Below are positions 63,482 to 64,000 of a stretch of 64,000 nucleotides of DNA, piece after piece. This DNA comes from a virus (lineage: Duplodnaviria > Caudoviricetes), in the IMG/VR virus record IMGVR_UViG_3300031867_000044, positions 3,226 through 67,225 of that record; one strand, written 5' to 3'. A program made the translations under genes and the position numbers. The notes under the pieces are model-generated. The model was not told the origin of the DNA, made no database searches, and saw only the letters and a list, made by a program, of their open reading frames with translations. Position 1 is the first letter of the stretch; the number at the start of each line of letters is the position of its first letter.

Positions 63482-64000
63482 TTATAAATCAAATAAAGTT
63501 TTTTCTGTGTATGATTGCTCTTTGCCGATGATGAAGTCGCAGATGAAGTTGCGGGCATAGTCGGGCGAAATCATGCTGCGTTCTTCGGAACATACACCCG
63601 CCACGCTGCTGCCCTTGCTCGTCATGTGCGTTTTCTTCTCTTTCAGTTTGTCGAACTGAATGGAGCGTCCGTGTGTCGGCTCGCAGTTGACGAACCAATA
63701 GGCGGTAGGCTTTACCCGATAGTCACCACGCAACATGCGGTTGTTGTCGATGAGCGCAGGCGGTATGATGAAGTTCGCCTTCAGGTAGGTGTTCTCGCTC
63801 CACGGGTTCTCCATGACAAGCCGCAAGCCTCGCTCCTGAGCAATGGCGAACATCTTGATGGCGAGTCCGTAGAAGTAGGCACGTTTCTTGTCGCGCTCCA
63901 GGATTGCGTCGGTCTTCTGCTTGACGGTCATACATCGGTAGTTGATACAGCCCCAAGTGAAGTTCATTTGCGATGGTGCGCAAAAGTAGATGCACGGAAA
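63482..64000 (-). CDS. C5-cytosine methyltransferase-like protein (N-terminus outside the window)
   Basis: The frame extends to the edge as FPCIYF (catalytic PC), MENP, KPTAYW and RSMISP. Confidence 0.6.
   Translation of the reverse strand, partial: FPCIYFCAPSQMNFTWGCINYRCMTVKQKTDAILERDKKRAYFYGLAIKMFAIAQERGLRLVMENPWSENTYLKANFIIPPALIDNNRMLRGDYRVKPTAYWFVNCEPTHGRSIQFDKLKEKKTHMTSKGSSVAGVCSEERSMISPDYARNFICDFIIGKEQSYTEKTLFDL

Noticed and set aside
1-64000. Stop-codon reassignment as in Lak and some crAss-like phages
   Set aside because: Long genes are intact in code 11, and TAG, TGA and TAA all end tightly packed genes (for example TAG at 22014, 26867 and 32352).

Overview
The window is most of a temperate, long-tailed (siphovirus-type) phage of a Bacteroidales host, probably Prevotella-like. 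Bacteroidetes sigma-A promoters (TTTG-19/20 nt-TAnnTTTG) are found throughout. From left to right it contains: (1) the end of a leftward early operon (RecT, DUF4494) with an ~870 bp non-coding interval holding three tRNA-like RNAs; (2) a CI/XRE switch; (3) a tyrosine integrase with a probable intact attP (tRNA 3' end core, triple 10-bp arm repeats); (4) a leftward 7 kb block resembling a conjugative-element leading region (second tyrosine recombinase, RHH, ddrB-ParB, LPD29); (5) a TerS-like gene and a candidate packaging or terminus region; (6) RusA and a D5/P4 primase-helicase; (7) an inverted portal-TerL pair; (8) head, tail, tape-measure, 2213-aa hub and fibre genes; (9) a holin/GH19/spanin lysis cassette; (10) an AT-rich endonuclease cassette; (11) the distal part of the same leftward early operon (small paralogous ORFs, two methyltransferases). 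The most unusual features are: a tRNA mimic with CCA, a G-1:C73 pair and a 55-nt anticodon-loop insert; a family of about 12 strand-specific hairpin repeats lying both between and inside genes in all three frames; a shared box next to the -33 element of several promoters; and a hairpin-sequestered peptide gene resembling a type I toxin. All family assignments come from motif recognition by eye; no searches were run.
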